A stretch of 64,000 nt of DNA from an uncultured Candidatus Saccharimonadales bacterium (GTDB taxonomy: Bacteria; Patescibacteriota; Saccharimonadia; UBA4664). Made by a program: the position numbers and the translations under genes. Of the stretch, positions 43,979-52,291 are shown one piece after another; positions within the stretch are counted from its first letter, which is position 1, and every line of letters starts with the position of its first letter. Location: the NCBI GenBank assembly GCA_964467655.1, contig CAYXSN010000005.1, forward strand, positions 16,920 to 80,919. The letters run 5' to 3'. Below the pieces are notes generated by a model that saw nothing but the letters and a program-made list of their open reading frames with translations, was not told where the DNA came from and did not search any database.

Positions 43979-44419
43979 ATGACAACCATCAATCCGTACA
44001 TTAATTTCAACGGCAATGCCGAAGAAGCTTTTAATTTCTATAAGTCAGTGTTCGGCGGAGAGTTTGCGGGGGTTATTCGTTTTAAAGATATAGCCAGCGC
44101 AGAGTTCCCGGTATCCAAAAAAGAGGCAAACAAGATAATGCGCATTGTGCTCCCCATCGGTACGAACGTCTTGATTGCGAACGATGTACCTGAAGCCATG
44201 GGGCGAGTAGACGAAAACGAAAATAGATCCAAGATCGCAATTACGGCGGAAAGCAAGGCAGAGGCGGACAGGATTTTCAATAGTCTTTCAGAGGGTGGGA
44301 CCGTTGAGATGCCAATTGACGAAAGTCCCTGGGGCACCTACTTTGCTATGTTTCGAGATAAATATGGGATTGAATGGACGATAGAGTGTGACATCCCAGG
44401 AAGTATAAACAACAGCTAA
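43979..44419 (+). CDS. VOC family protein (PhnB-like)
   Basis: INPYINFNGNAEEAFNFYKSVFGGE, PWGTYFAMFRDKYGIEW. Confidence 0.92.
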   Translation: MTTINPYINFNGNAEEAFNFYKSVFGGEFAGVIRFKDIASAEFPVSKKEANKIMRIVLPIGTNVLIANDVPEAMGRVDENENRSKIAITAESKAEADRIFNSLSEGGTVEMPIDESPWGTYFAMFRDKYGIEWTIECDIPGSINNS

Positions 44420-44607
44420 CGACCCAAACCGGATCGTTATGAGCATAAGAACATTGGTACCGCTGGTCGTCAGATGGCTTTGTTACCTGCCTGCGACAAC
44501 AGTCTAAATAATCACATTTGAAGACCGTCGGCGCATATGGTATAGTCCGCCTGTCTCAATAGAGATTTCAGCCTGGCATAAGCCACCAACTATTCCGAGG
44601 TGACATC

Positions 44608-45531
44608 ATGCAAGACGCCACTACCGCCGCCGTTCGCGCGACCATCGAGCCCAGCGTTGCAGCCTACCTGTTCGGCAGCACCGGAGCCCTGGGGGTTGCT
44701 CTGACGGCCGCGTCGCGATCACTTCACATCCTGGCATCCACCGGGCAGAAGCTGGGCGACTTGCCATATTCAGACATGTCCCACCAGCTCCAGCTCGTGC
44801 GTTCCAGCGGCCTGCCATGCGTATGGGTCCCGGCACAGGGCTATGAGCTGGACGCCGACGAGCGCGACGCACGGTACCAGATGGACAGCCGGACACGATC
44901 TCCCAAGACGCCCGATCCGGCCGATCGAGCAGTCAGTGGCGGTCGCTCATACGCGAACACGTATCCGTTCTGGCTGCCCATCGCCGGGCAACCGGCCATC
45001 TTGGTCAGGAAGGACGATCTGGCTTATTGGAACTGGCCTCTGTATCTGGGCCTCAATGACCTCCCCGTCGGCCTGTTCGGCTTCAGCGTCAACGTGGCGC
45101 TCCAGACCGATACCGGCAATTGCGAGGTCGACTGCAACCAGATCGCCCAGGTCCTGGCCGCCATCGGCCTCGGCGACTACACCGGCGATCAGCTGGCCGC
45201 CCACATCGCTAGTGACGTCAACGACCTGCCGCCAGATTTCCGGCTCAGCGACCAGCACAGCTCTGCACGCGTTCACCTGAACGCTTGGGACGGCACTCGC
45301 CGTCCGCTCTGGGCGCGCGACATCAACAATAACCTCGTGCGCAACGGCTCGGTGCTGGTGCAACCAGCTGGTGCCACGGAGGAGTGGCGGCTGCCGCGCT
45401 TCTTGCGCTTCACGGTGAGTCGAACGCAAGACTCGTTCGGCTGGCCGCACGGCATCATCTACGAGCCCGAGGAGCGGGCCAGTCTGTACGCCGTCGCTGA
45501 CAGGATCGCAGCAGCATTCAACGCCAGCTGA
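44608..45531 (+). CDS. Hypothetical protein, GC-rich (likely horizontally acquired)
   Basis: GAGGTG SD, 307-aa ORF with strongly G/C third positions, own terminator. Confidence 0.7.
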   Translation: MQDATTAAVRATIEPSVAAYLFGSTGALGVALTAASRSLHILASTGQKLGDLPYSDMSHQLQLVRSSGLPCVWVPAQGYELDADERDARYQMDSRTRSPKTPDPADRAVSGGRSYANTYPFWLPIAGQPAILVRKDDLAYWNWPLYLGLNDLPVGLFGFSVNVALQTDTGNCEVDCNQIAQVLAAIGLGDYTGDQLAAHIASDVNDLPPDFRLSDQHSSARVHLNAWDGTRRPLWARDINNNLVRNGSVLVQPAGATEEWRLPRFLRFTVSRTQDSFGWPHGIIYEPEERASLYAVADRIAAAFNAS

Positions 45532-45549
45532 GACGACCGGCTCATCGGC

Positions 45550-45585
45550 CGTCAGGGGCTTCCGGATGTCCGGAAGCCCCTGACG
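45550..45585. terminator. Long perfect hairpin between convergent genes
   Basis: CGTCAGGGGCTTCCGGA-TG-TCCGGAAGCCCCTGACG. Confidence 0.75.
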
Positions 45586-45633
45586 CCTAAGGCTCTGATA
45601 TCATACCGATATGGCATCCACCACAAAGCAAAT

Positions 45634-45888
45634 CTACCGATAAACTTCCCGGCGATTGCCAATCTTAATAATTTCGACCACTAGTTGCTCATCTGTAATT
45701 GAGTATATAACCCGATAGTCGCCAATCCTGATCCGCCACGCTTCCACTCCGATCATTTTCTTCACACCATGAGGCCTAGGATCATGCGCTAGGGAATCAA
45801 TCAATTCCGAGACCTGCTTTCGAGCAGCAATAGGCAACTTGCGTAACTCCTTAGTGGCACTAGTCCGAAATATTACCGAATAAACCAT
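45634..45888 (-). CDS. relE: RelE/ParE family toxin
   Basis: Y.V.F...A.KELRKL...PRP.G.KK....WRIRIGDYRVIY.I......GNRREVYR. Confidence 0.93.
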   Translation of the reverse strand: MVYSVIFRTSATKELRKLPIAARKQVSELIDSLAHDPRPHGVKKMIGVEAWRIRIGDYRVIYSITDEQLVVEIIKIGNRREVYR

Positions 45889-45891
45889 CCG

Positions 45892-46122
45892 CTAAAGCAG
45901 CCCGTCTCGCACTAAATCGGCCTTGACTTTGTCCCACGCAAGCAACGGCTCAGCCTTGCGCTCCTCTACAGTCGCTGCATCCTCGGCATCTTCTAGAAGT
46001 TCAGCAAGTTGATCATTAATCAGCTCCGAGATGGATTTATTTTGCTCAACCGCTTCGTGTTGCAAATATTTTTTGACGTAAGGATTTAAATAAACAGTTG
46101 TTCGCTCTGTGAGGGTAGCCAT
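45892..46122 (-). CDS. RHH/CopG-type antitoxin
   Basis: RTTVYL..SISELIN..LEDAED; AAGGAG SD; directly upstream of relE. Confidence 0.85.
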   Translation of the reverse strand: MATLTERTTVYLNPYVKKYLQHEAVEQNKSISELINDQLAELLEDAEDAATVEERKAEPLLAWDKVKADLVRDGLL

Positions 46123-46144
46123 AGTGCTCTCCTTAATTGATTTC

Positions 46145-46183
46145 ATTTTATCTTAACAACGTCATAACGTCAAGACGTCGTTA
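46145..46183 (-). promoter_or_regulatory. Sigma70 promoter and operator of the TA operon
   Basis: TTGACG-17 nt-TAAAAT on the minus strand, overlapped by repeated/inverted ACGTC units. Confidence 0.8.
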
Positions 46184-46239
46184 GAAGTGTCATCCGCGCC
46201 AACGGGTATATCAATGCTGGTTTGATAAGGTCTACCTAT

Positions 46240-46492
46240 GAAATCGATAACTGTATGATGTAATCGATACTGGAGCACTCTCATGCCGGCTTCCTCAACT
46301 GCTTTTTACGTGAGGCTTCTTATCGTCGAAAAAAAACAGATGGATTGAAGCCAATACACCTGCCGCTTCCCGAAATGATTCGGAAGACTTCTTGCTGAGG
46401 CTGGATGACTCGGCGGTGTAGACCTCAACAAATATGTTCACAAGTCTTCGGAAAGATCAGCACTCGCGAAAAATAGTAATTATAGCTTTCAT
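46240..46492 (-). pseudogene. Decayed HAD-family hydrolase
   Basis: MKAII start, internal stop, then ..SLSK...F....FFDDKKPHVK / AVEEAGM (frameshift), resembling HAD motifs III/IV. Confidence 0.55.
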
Positions 46493-46560
46493 AGGATTAC
46501 CTATAAGCCAATGAGTCGGTGCTAGCCGAACCGGCGACGTTCGAGTCCTCCGGTGATCAT

Positions 46561-46598
46561 ATTAAAATAACCCAACCGAGAGGTTGGGTTATTTTAAT
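46561..46598. terminator. 17-bp perfect hairpin at the probable left junction of the integrative element
   Basis: ATTAAAATAACCCAACC-GAGA-GGTTGGGTTATTTTAAT. Confidence 0.7.
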
Positions 46599-46704
46599 GG
46601 TACACCATAGTCACAGATGTTCGAACCAGAATTAGGGAAGAAAAACTAGGAGCACCGCTCAACAACCTATAGCCCACTAAGCTCCGGTATCCGATACTAG
46701 TGCT

Positions 46705-47421
46705 ATGGAACTATTCAATACCGGAGGTGACCGCAAAACATCACCCATGCAATTGCTGCGTCAAGGACGAGTGTGGCTTGGACTGTACGACTATGCTGTC
46801 AAAGACCGTGATGTGATTGCGGCACTCCCGGCCATTTATTGCTTATTTTCTGCTTTGGAACTTTACCTCAAAGCGTATATCGTCCTCATAGACACTGATT
46901 ACGCCGACACCACAAAACTCAGAAAACTTGAGCACAACTTCAGCAAGCTCTATGAGCAAATCCAAAGACTAGCACCGCCCAAATTGGCTGTGCTGATTAA
47001 AAAACAGCTCCATCATTACAAGCTTATGGGGCTAAAGCTCGACACGCTTAAATACCCCGAAAATCAAAACATTTGGTCCATTGACCACGGCCTTGTCGAA
47101 GGAAAGCATACCCTGAAGGATATATTCGATACCATCGAGGCAGAGATTGCCGAGCAGGAAGATGCTTGGATTAACACCGTCTACCCGAGAGAAATCCACA
47201 TCGGATTTATGTTTCAGACCGATTTTCAAGGAGACCCGCTGACGCTATCCAAGGATGAAAAGCATAAGCTTGCAAATACTTGCTCCAATTGCTTACCCCA
47301 GGGAGTCATCGTAACGCAAGAATACAATTTCCCTTGGCAACGGGAGCCCCAGCCACCCAAAACCTGCCTGATATGTGGGGAGTGGTTTATCCCCGACATT
47401 AATCATCGACCCTGGAGCTAG
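46705..47421 (+). CDS. HEPN-like protein with C-terminal CxxC...CxxC
   Basis: ALELYLKAY...LEHNF.KLY...LKYP pattern of HEPN-fold proteins; CSNC and CLIC. Confidence 0.5.
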   Translation: MELFNTGGDRKTSPMQLLRQGRVWLGLYDYAVKDRDVIAALPAIYCLFSALELYLKAYIVLIDTDYADTTKLRKLEHNFSKLYEQIQRLAPPKLAVLIKKQLHHYKLMGLKLDTLKYPENQNIWSIDHGLVEGKHTLKDIFDTIEAEIAEQEDAWINTVYPREIHIGFMFQTDFQGDPLTLSKDEKHKLANTCSNCLPQGVIVTQEYNFPWQREPQPPKTCLICGEWFIPDINHRPWS

Positions 47422-47426
47422 CCCAC

Positions 47427-47446
47427 CCCACCACTCAGCTCACTAT
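47427..47446 (+). repeat. Junction motif copy 1
   Basis: CCCACCACTCAGCTCACTAT. Confidence 0.9.
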
Positions 47447-47476
47447 AAATATCGAAACCAGGGTAGAATCGTAGGT

Positions 47477-48610
47477 ATGGCATCGAATAATGACGAAATA
47501 ACCGAAGCTGCGATGAAAGCCCTAGCGGTGGGCACGAGCGGCATTATCGGCATGAATGATCCAGTGGCCGGTGCGGCAATTGCCACCGGAGCGGAAGGTA
47601 TCACACTCGCCTTACAGGCAGCTGGGTCGGCCATTAATAACCTCAGAATCAACCGAGCAAAACGGTTAATCAAGCAAGCCGCCGAAAACGCCGGAAAAAG
47701 CCCAGAGGAGTTCTGGAGCCTCATATGTCAATCCGAAAAGCTGCTTGACCTAGCACTGGTTGCGCTTGAGGCCGGGTCAAAAACGGCTCTCAAGTCCAAA
47801 ATAGACCTGTACGCAAAAATCCTGGCGGGCGAGATCGATAGCCACGAAGACATGCTCGATGCGGTAAAAATCCGCTTTCTCACCCTGGCCCTCATTGAAA
47901 AACCACATCTGGAGATTCTACACGTTATCTCCAAGCCATCACCCAACATTACTCCTAAAGACGACGCTGACTTAGGCTGGGCAAACAATGACATCGCCAA
48001 GGCATTACCCAGTTACGAAATTGTCCTCCCGGCCCTCATTGAACCAATGCTTAGCAATGGTCTCGTTTGGAATAACGGCTTGGGCCGGTATGGCTACAAA
48101 CCATACTGGAAGCTAACTGAGTTAGGCAAAGACTGCTTGCAGCTGTTGTCAGGCGAGAAACCGGTACATCACGAACCAAGTAAACCCGGCACACCACAAG
48201 AGCCACATCAACCGCACTCCATAATTCAGCCCTTGGCAAAAAATGATTTTAATATCGTTAAGCTTGAAATCGTCGATAACAACGGCAGACCCATATCAAA
48301 ACCATTTCGCCTCAAGAATGGCCAAAACGTTTTTAGATGCATCGCAACCTACGCCGATGGCTCAACTGAACCCTATAGTCCCTATTGGACGTGTCCAATC
48401 ATCCTAAACCGGGGGAGGGAAGTCGATATCGACGTTTGGGGAACTTTTGACCAAATGAAACATGCCGAGGCTCCCATAACAGCCGGTGGCAACCATATGA
48501 AGTACACGAGCCTAAGCTGCTGGGTCTTTCCACCCATAAAGGAAACACCCACCGGCAATAGCGAGATTCCTCATGACGGCGTTGAATTTGACTATTCAGA
48601 GATACAATAA
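47477..48610 (+). CDS. Hypothetical two-domain protein (N-terminus Abi-alpha/DUF4393-like, tentative)
   Basis: KIDLYAKILA helix region, then wHTH-like L.SNGLV...W.LTELG; start moved to 47477. Confidence 0.55.
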   Translation: MASNNDEITEAAMKALAVGTSGIIGMNDPVAGAAIATGAEGITLALQAAGSAINNLRINRAKRLIKQAAENAGKSPEEFWSLICQSEKLLDLALVALEAGSKTALKSKIDLYAKILAGEIDSHEDMLDAVKIRFLTLALIEKPHLEILHVISKPSPNITPKDDADLGWANNDIAKALPSYEIVLPALIEPMLSNGLVWNNGLGRYGYKPYWKLTELGKDCLQLLSGEKPVHHEPSKPGTPQEPHQPHSIIQPLAKNDFNIVKLEIVDNNGRPISKPFRLKNGQNVFRCIATYADGSTEPYSPYWTCPIILNRGREVDIDVWGTFDQMKHAEAPITAGGNHMKYTSLSCWVFPPIKETPTGNSEIPHDGVEFDYSEIQ

Positions 48611-48684
48611 GCTCATGGACTTGGAAATGTGGTAGAGGCACCGAAACCCGTCGGCTCGTAATGCGGACATTGCGGCCTGCTACC

Positions 48685-49017
48685 CTAGTCCTCAAACCAA
48701 TAGTGGTGCATCTGCCCCATGAACTCTTTTGTTATAGGAAACCCCGAAGCATCACCAATAACCGAATCAATTTCGCATGAGGGGCATAGCGCCGTTTTAC
48801 CATTATCAACCCAATCATCAATTTCATCCGGCGTAAAAATCTTGAGACAGTAAAAGCACCCGCACACCTTACTCGCACCAAGTTCAACACGGTGCTGCGA
48901 AGAATGTTCATGCGCTTTTACGATTTCCGGCGGCATTGATGCTTTGGCTCGCTCTAAAGCCGCAACAACCTCAGTCATTTCATCTTTTGGCTTGCCTTTA
49001 GGTCCAAATGGTCTCAT
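48685..49017 (-). CDS. Conserved Cys-rich (Zn-binding) cytoplasmic protein
   Basis: CGCFYC..IF, TALCPSCEIDSVIGD.SG, M..YWF. Confidence 0.8.
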   Translation of the reverse strand: MRPFGPKGKPKDEMTEVVAALERAKASMPPEIVKAHEHSSQHRVELGASKVCGCFYCLKIFTPDEIDDWVDNGKTALCPSCEIDSVIGDASGFPITKEFMGQMHHYWFED

Positions 49018-49049
49018 GGATATATGATATCAAATTGCCCACTAGCCAA

Positions 49050-49069
49050 CCCACCACCCAGCTCACTAT
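49050..49069 (+). repeat. Junction motif copy 2
   Basis: CCCACCACCCAGCTCACTAT. Confidence 0.9.
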
Positions 49070-49097
49070 ATCTGGCTAACCATGAGATAATTCAAGC

Positions 49098-49808
49098 ATG
49101 ACCAAACCTTACGGAATGAAAGCTGAGCTTAAAGATTACCCTTGGCGTGATTTGCGTGAAGAGCTGGACCTCAACGACATACACCTCAAAATCGAAAACG
49201 GCGCCCTAGAAGTCGGCTATGACCGAGAGGAAGATGAGGCAAAAGCTAAGGAGGTAGCCACGCTATATCTACAAACCCATAGTCTGCGTATGGGCTTTAA
49301 AGTCGCGGCCAACTTCAACCGTACATGGAAGCCAACCCCAGCTGGCGGAGTAGCCCATGCCATGGCACTTCAAAGCTCAGTAAAATTTAACGATCGCTTG
49401 CAGGCAACAATCCACCAAGCCACAATCTCCGGTCGTGCCCGTATCGTCAGCCAACAAATGGTAGACACCGCCAGTTTCACTAACGACACTCTCATGGTGC
49501 AAAAAGCTTTGAAAGACCCGGCGCTAAAGCAGGCTATAGCATATTTCGGTGACGAAGTAGCCGATGCCAGTAAGCCCCTCTACGGCGTATACAAAGCCAT
49601 CGAATCCATAACCAACCACCTTGGCAAACAGGGCCGTAAAAAGCTAGCCCAACTGGCTAGCCAGAGCGAATCATACATCTCCGACCTCATGGAGACCACA
49701 CAGTACAGCCGGCATGCAGTTACTCAAGCTCGCCAGCACCTAACCGAGAAGGAGTGCATTACGCGAGCAAAGACCCTAATTGAAGCTTATGCACGGACAA
49801 TTAGCTAG
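49098..49808 (+). CDS. Hypothetical protein, possible ApeA/HEPN-like fold
   Basis: YKAIESI...SRHA in a helical C-domain after a beta-rich N-domain. Confidence 0.5.
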   Translation: MTKPYGMKAELKDYPWRDLREELDLNDIHLKIENGALEVGYDREEDEAKAKEVATLYLQTHSLRMGFKVAANFNRTWKPTPAGGVAHAMALQSSVKFNDRLQATIHQATISGRARIVSQQMVDTASFTNDTLMVQKALKDPALKQAIAYFGDEVADASKPLYGVYKAIESITNHLGKQGRKKLAQLASQSESYISDLMETTQYSRHAVTQARQHLTEKECITRAKTLIEAYARTIS

Positions 49809-49875
49809 CTTTGCTAACTACCAGAGGCATTAAGGGCATACTGGACGGAACAGACAACTGCAACCCGATTATTCA

Positions 49876-50487
49876 CTAGTTGGTTGTTGGTTCGCTCTCG
49901 GGCTTATCTAATGAGCTGAGAAGTTTGATGGTGGTGTATCTTTTTGGGGTTCCTGCCGCAACAAGTAATGTTAACCCGAGCCAAATAATTGCCAGTATCC
50001 ATCCGCCAACCGGGTCGAACCCGACATCAAATTTGGGGTTTCTAACGAATGCAGCAATTAATACAAGCAGTACCAGCGATATAACGACATTTCGCACGGC
50101 TTTAAACAGATAAACTCTTGGCTCTATATATTTTGGCGCCTCATCCCGGTAGACGTAAGCATCAAGCATCGTTTGATCGTAGTTTCTGTTCTTCAGATAT
50201 TCCTTAACAGCGAGATACCTTACTGATTGTTGCTTCATTCGCCCAACTGCCGAAAGAAATTCTGTATGAATATCATTTTGGTATCCGGCCAACCTAACGG
50301 CTACCTCATGAGATACCTCAAAGCGTTTTTCAAAATCTTTAGCCGTTAGCACTACCGCATGCTCAGATGACTTCGAAATTGGTCCGGGGGTTTCGTCACC
50401 TATATAAATCTCAGATGCATCCGAAAAGCCTATGTAAATTTCGCAGTAGACCTCAGCCGTCAAATCGATTGCGGTAAGCTTCTTCAT
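49876..50487 (-). CDS. Hypothetical protein with two C-terminal TMs (last gene of the RHS-downstream array)
   Basis: AAGGAG SD before ATG 50487; AT-rich. Confidence 0.65.
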   Translation of the reverse strand: MKKLTAIDLTAEVYCEIYIGFSDASEIYIGDETPGPISKSSEHAVVLTAKDFEKRFEVSHEVAVRLAGYQNDIHTEFLSAVGRMKQQSVRYLAVKEYLKNRNYDQTMLDAYVYRDEAPKYIEPRVYLFKAVRNVVISLVLLVLIAAFVRNPKFDVGFDPVGGWILAIIWLGLTLLVAAGTPKRYTTIKLLSSLDKPESEPTTN

Positions 50488-50533
50488 ACTGGATTCTCTC
50501 CTTGGTTCCATTGCCACTGCAGTAAAATCCTAT

Positions 50534-50893
50534 CTAGAAGACATCGTAAGGAGAAAGTATTACTCCGCCATCGCTATCGAGAACCTGCCATTTTTCCTTC
50601 TTCCGGAACAAAGTACGCTCAAGTTTAACCTTGCCTTCCAGGATTGATGCCAGACCCTTGAGCATCACCTGTTTGGGTTCGTCCTGATATATACAATTCT
50701 TATACTCGATATGGATAAAATCCCAATCTCCTTTTGGCAAATGAACGACGCTGACTTTTGCATCAAATTTATCATCGTGAATTACGACATCGCCAAAAAC
50801 CCTATCATTTGAGGAATGCTCGTTATATCTGTACTCGACGCCGCGATCCGATAACAACTGTTTTAATTCTTCGGGCATGTTATTTTCTTTCAT
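50534..50893 (-). CDS. Putative orphan immunity protein (paralogue of 51909-52289)
   Basis: L.SILEGK....RTLF.K aligns with LDGILSGK...KKTLF. Confidence 0.6.
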   Translation of the reverse strand: MKENNMPEELKQLLSDRGVEYRYNEHSSNDRVFGDVVIHDDKFDAKVSVVHLPKGDWDFIHIEYKNCIYQDEPKQVMLKGLASILEGKVKLERTLFRKKEKWQVLDSDGGVILSPYDVF

Positions 50894-51291
50894 CGAGGCG
50901 AGAATTGCTCTAGCGCAGCGGCGGGCACTTTTCGACTTTCAGGATTTATGCGCTGCCAAACATCGAGTTCTTTTCCCGACTTATCGGTAAAAATATATTG
51001 TTTTTTCCTTGTGAGCGTCAGCTTCACGACATATTGTTTTTCGAGAAGCGCGCGGATTATCAACTCATAAATTTCATCAGGGTTATCTGGAAATTCATTT
51101 CCCCCAAATCCGATAGAGATAATCGACCAAGCGTCATTCTTTTTAAGCAGGTATATGTAGATTACGCGATGTTCATTTTTATTGTCTCTAATCGTTACCG
51201 TCAAACTCGTACTATCTACGCCTACGGATGGCTGCTCAATAGAGACGTCGTATTTGTCCTTAATTTGATCTAGTAATTGCGTTATGGTCAC
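50890..51291 (-). CDS. Putative orphan immunity protein (paralogue)
   Basis: AGGAGG SD and GTG start; ALLEK....TL.RKKQY...SGKE; preceded by a toxin-tip remnant. Confidence 0.6.
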   Translation of the reverse strand: MTITQLLDQIKDKYDVSIEQPSVGVDSTSLTVTIRDNKNEHRVIYIYLLKKNDAWSIISIGFGGNEFPDNPDEIYELIIRALLEKQYVVKLTLTRKKQYIFTDKSGKELDVWQRINPESRKVPAAALEQFSPR

Positions 51292-51334
51292 TTTATTTTC
51301 CCTCCTACTAGGAAATCGAACGGTAAGGGCACAC

Positions 51335-51793
51335 TTAATAAAGCCTGTTTGCCCAGGACTGATTGAAGACGGCCTCCGTGGTCTCAGTTCTGCCCACATC
51401 CTCACCGATTTCTATTTCGGTCTGTTTATCCCATTGCTTTGGTAGCGAGCGAGTTTGGTTACCATCCGCCTTAAACACTGCCGCCCTAAGAATGTTGCCA
51501 TCAAGCTCTTCTGTTATCAGCTTCGCTGCTTTAGGATTACCCGTAACATATTCGTAGTACTTTAAGCCGCTATCAACCCTTTTTCTAAGCATTATCAGCT
51601 CAGTGGCAAAAAGAACTACTTCAAGAACTGTCCCCGCCGCATCGGTCGCCTTATATTCGGATTTTGGCTCAATGAAATGTTCCAGACCTCCTTCAAGATC
51701 GGCTAGGTCTTTATATGTTTCGGTTTTGCCGTCATGCCCGATGGTTATCGGGAGTTGGGGTTGGTAGTTTTGAGGGTTAACTATGATATGCAT
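51335..51793 (-). CDS. Putative orphan immunity protein (different family)
   Basis: GGAGG SD; position in the array downstream of RHS. Confidence 0.5.
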   Translation of the reverse strand: MHIIVNPQNYQPQLPITIGHDGKTETYKDLADLEGGLEHFIEPKSEYKATDAAGTVLEVVLFATELIMLRKRVDSGLKYYEYVTGNPKAAKLITEELDGNILRAAVFKADGNQTRSLPKQWDKQTEIEIGEDVGRTETTEAVFNQSWANRLY

Positions 51794-51908
51794 TTTAGAA
51801 CCTCCATGGTGACTGTAATCTCATATTCGGCCTACATTTGCATAATGTTCCGACCAATCTTACCCATGTATGGGGTCAACTCAAGTCACGCCCCACCAAG
51901 AAAGAGAC

Positions 51909-52289
51909 CTAATCTCGAGGCCAATATTCTTTTCCAGACTGGCCCGTCACAACATATTTTTTTTGACCAAAGCCAAACAATGTTTTTTTCTCGGCTATTT
52001 TCCCCGATAATATGCCATCGAGTGCTTCAAATAAGCTTTCTGGGCTTTCGTCGGTGTATTCTCCGTTGAGATATTTCACCGCAATCAATTGCGCGCCTAG
52101 GGAATTATTTTTATTCTCGACGAGTTCCACGACTACGACATTGTTCGAGTTACCTGGGCGAATCTCGATCTCCATAAAGCTTAGGTTGGGACTTTCTTTG
52201 CTCGCCGTTAAAGGCCGAGTTACCTCACATTGCCCTGAATATTTTTGAGCGAGTTCTTCAACCCTATTAACTGCATTTAATTTAGCCAT
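51909..52289 (-). CDS. Putative cognate immunity protein of the RHS toxin
   Basis: Starts 2 nt after the RHS stop; SD AGGAGG lies in the last toxin codons; small and AT-rich. Confidence 0.7.
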   Translation of the reverse strand: MAKLNAVNRVEELAQKYSGQCEVTRPLTASKESPNLSFMEIEIRPGNSNNVVVVELVENKNNSLGAQLIAVKYLNGEYTDESPESLFEALDGILSGKIAEKKTLFGFGQKKYVVTGQSGKEYWPRD

Positions 52290-52291
52290 TT

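Noticed and set aside
43700-46190. Integron attC sites (GTTAGAA at about 43713 and 46180; TAAC...GTTA after the VOC gene)
   Set aside because: No properly spaced RYYYAAC/L-box pairing, the hairpin is too short, and no IntI is in the window.
46535-46630. Intact tRNA gene
   Set aside because: Only T-loop-like words are present; no D-arm, anticodon arm or paired acceptor stem could be built.
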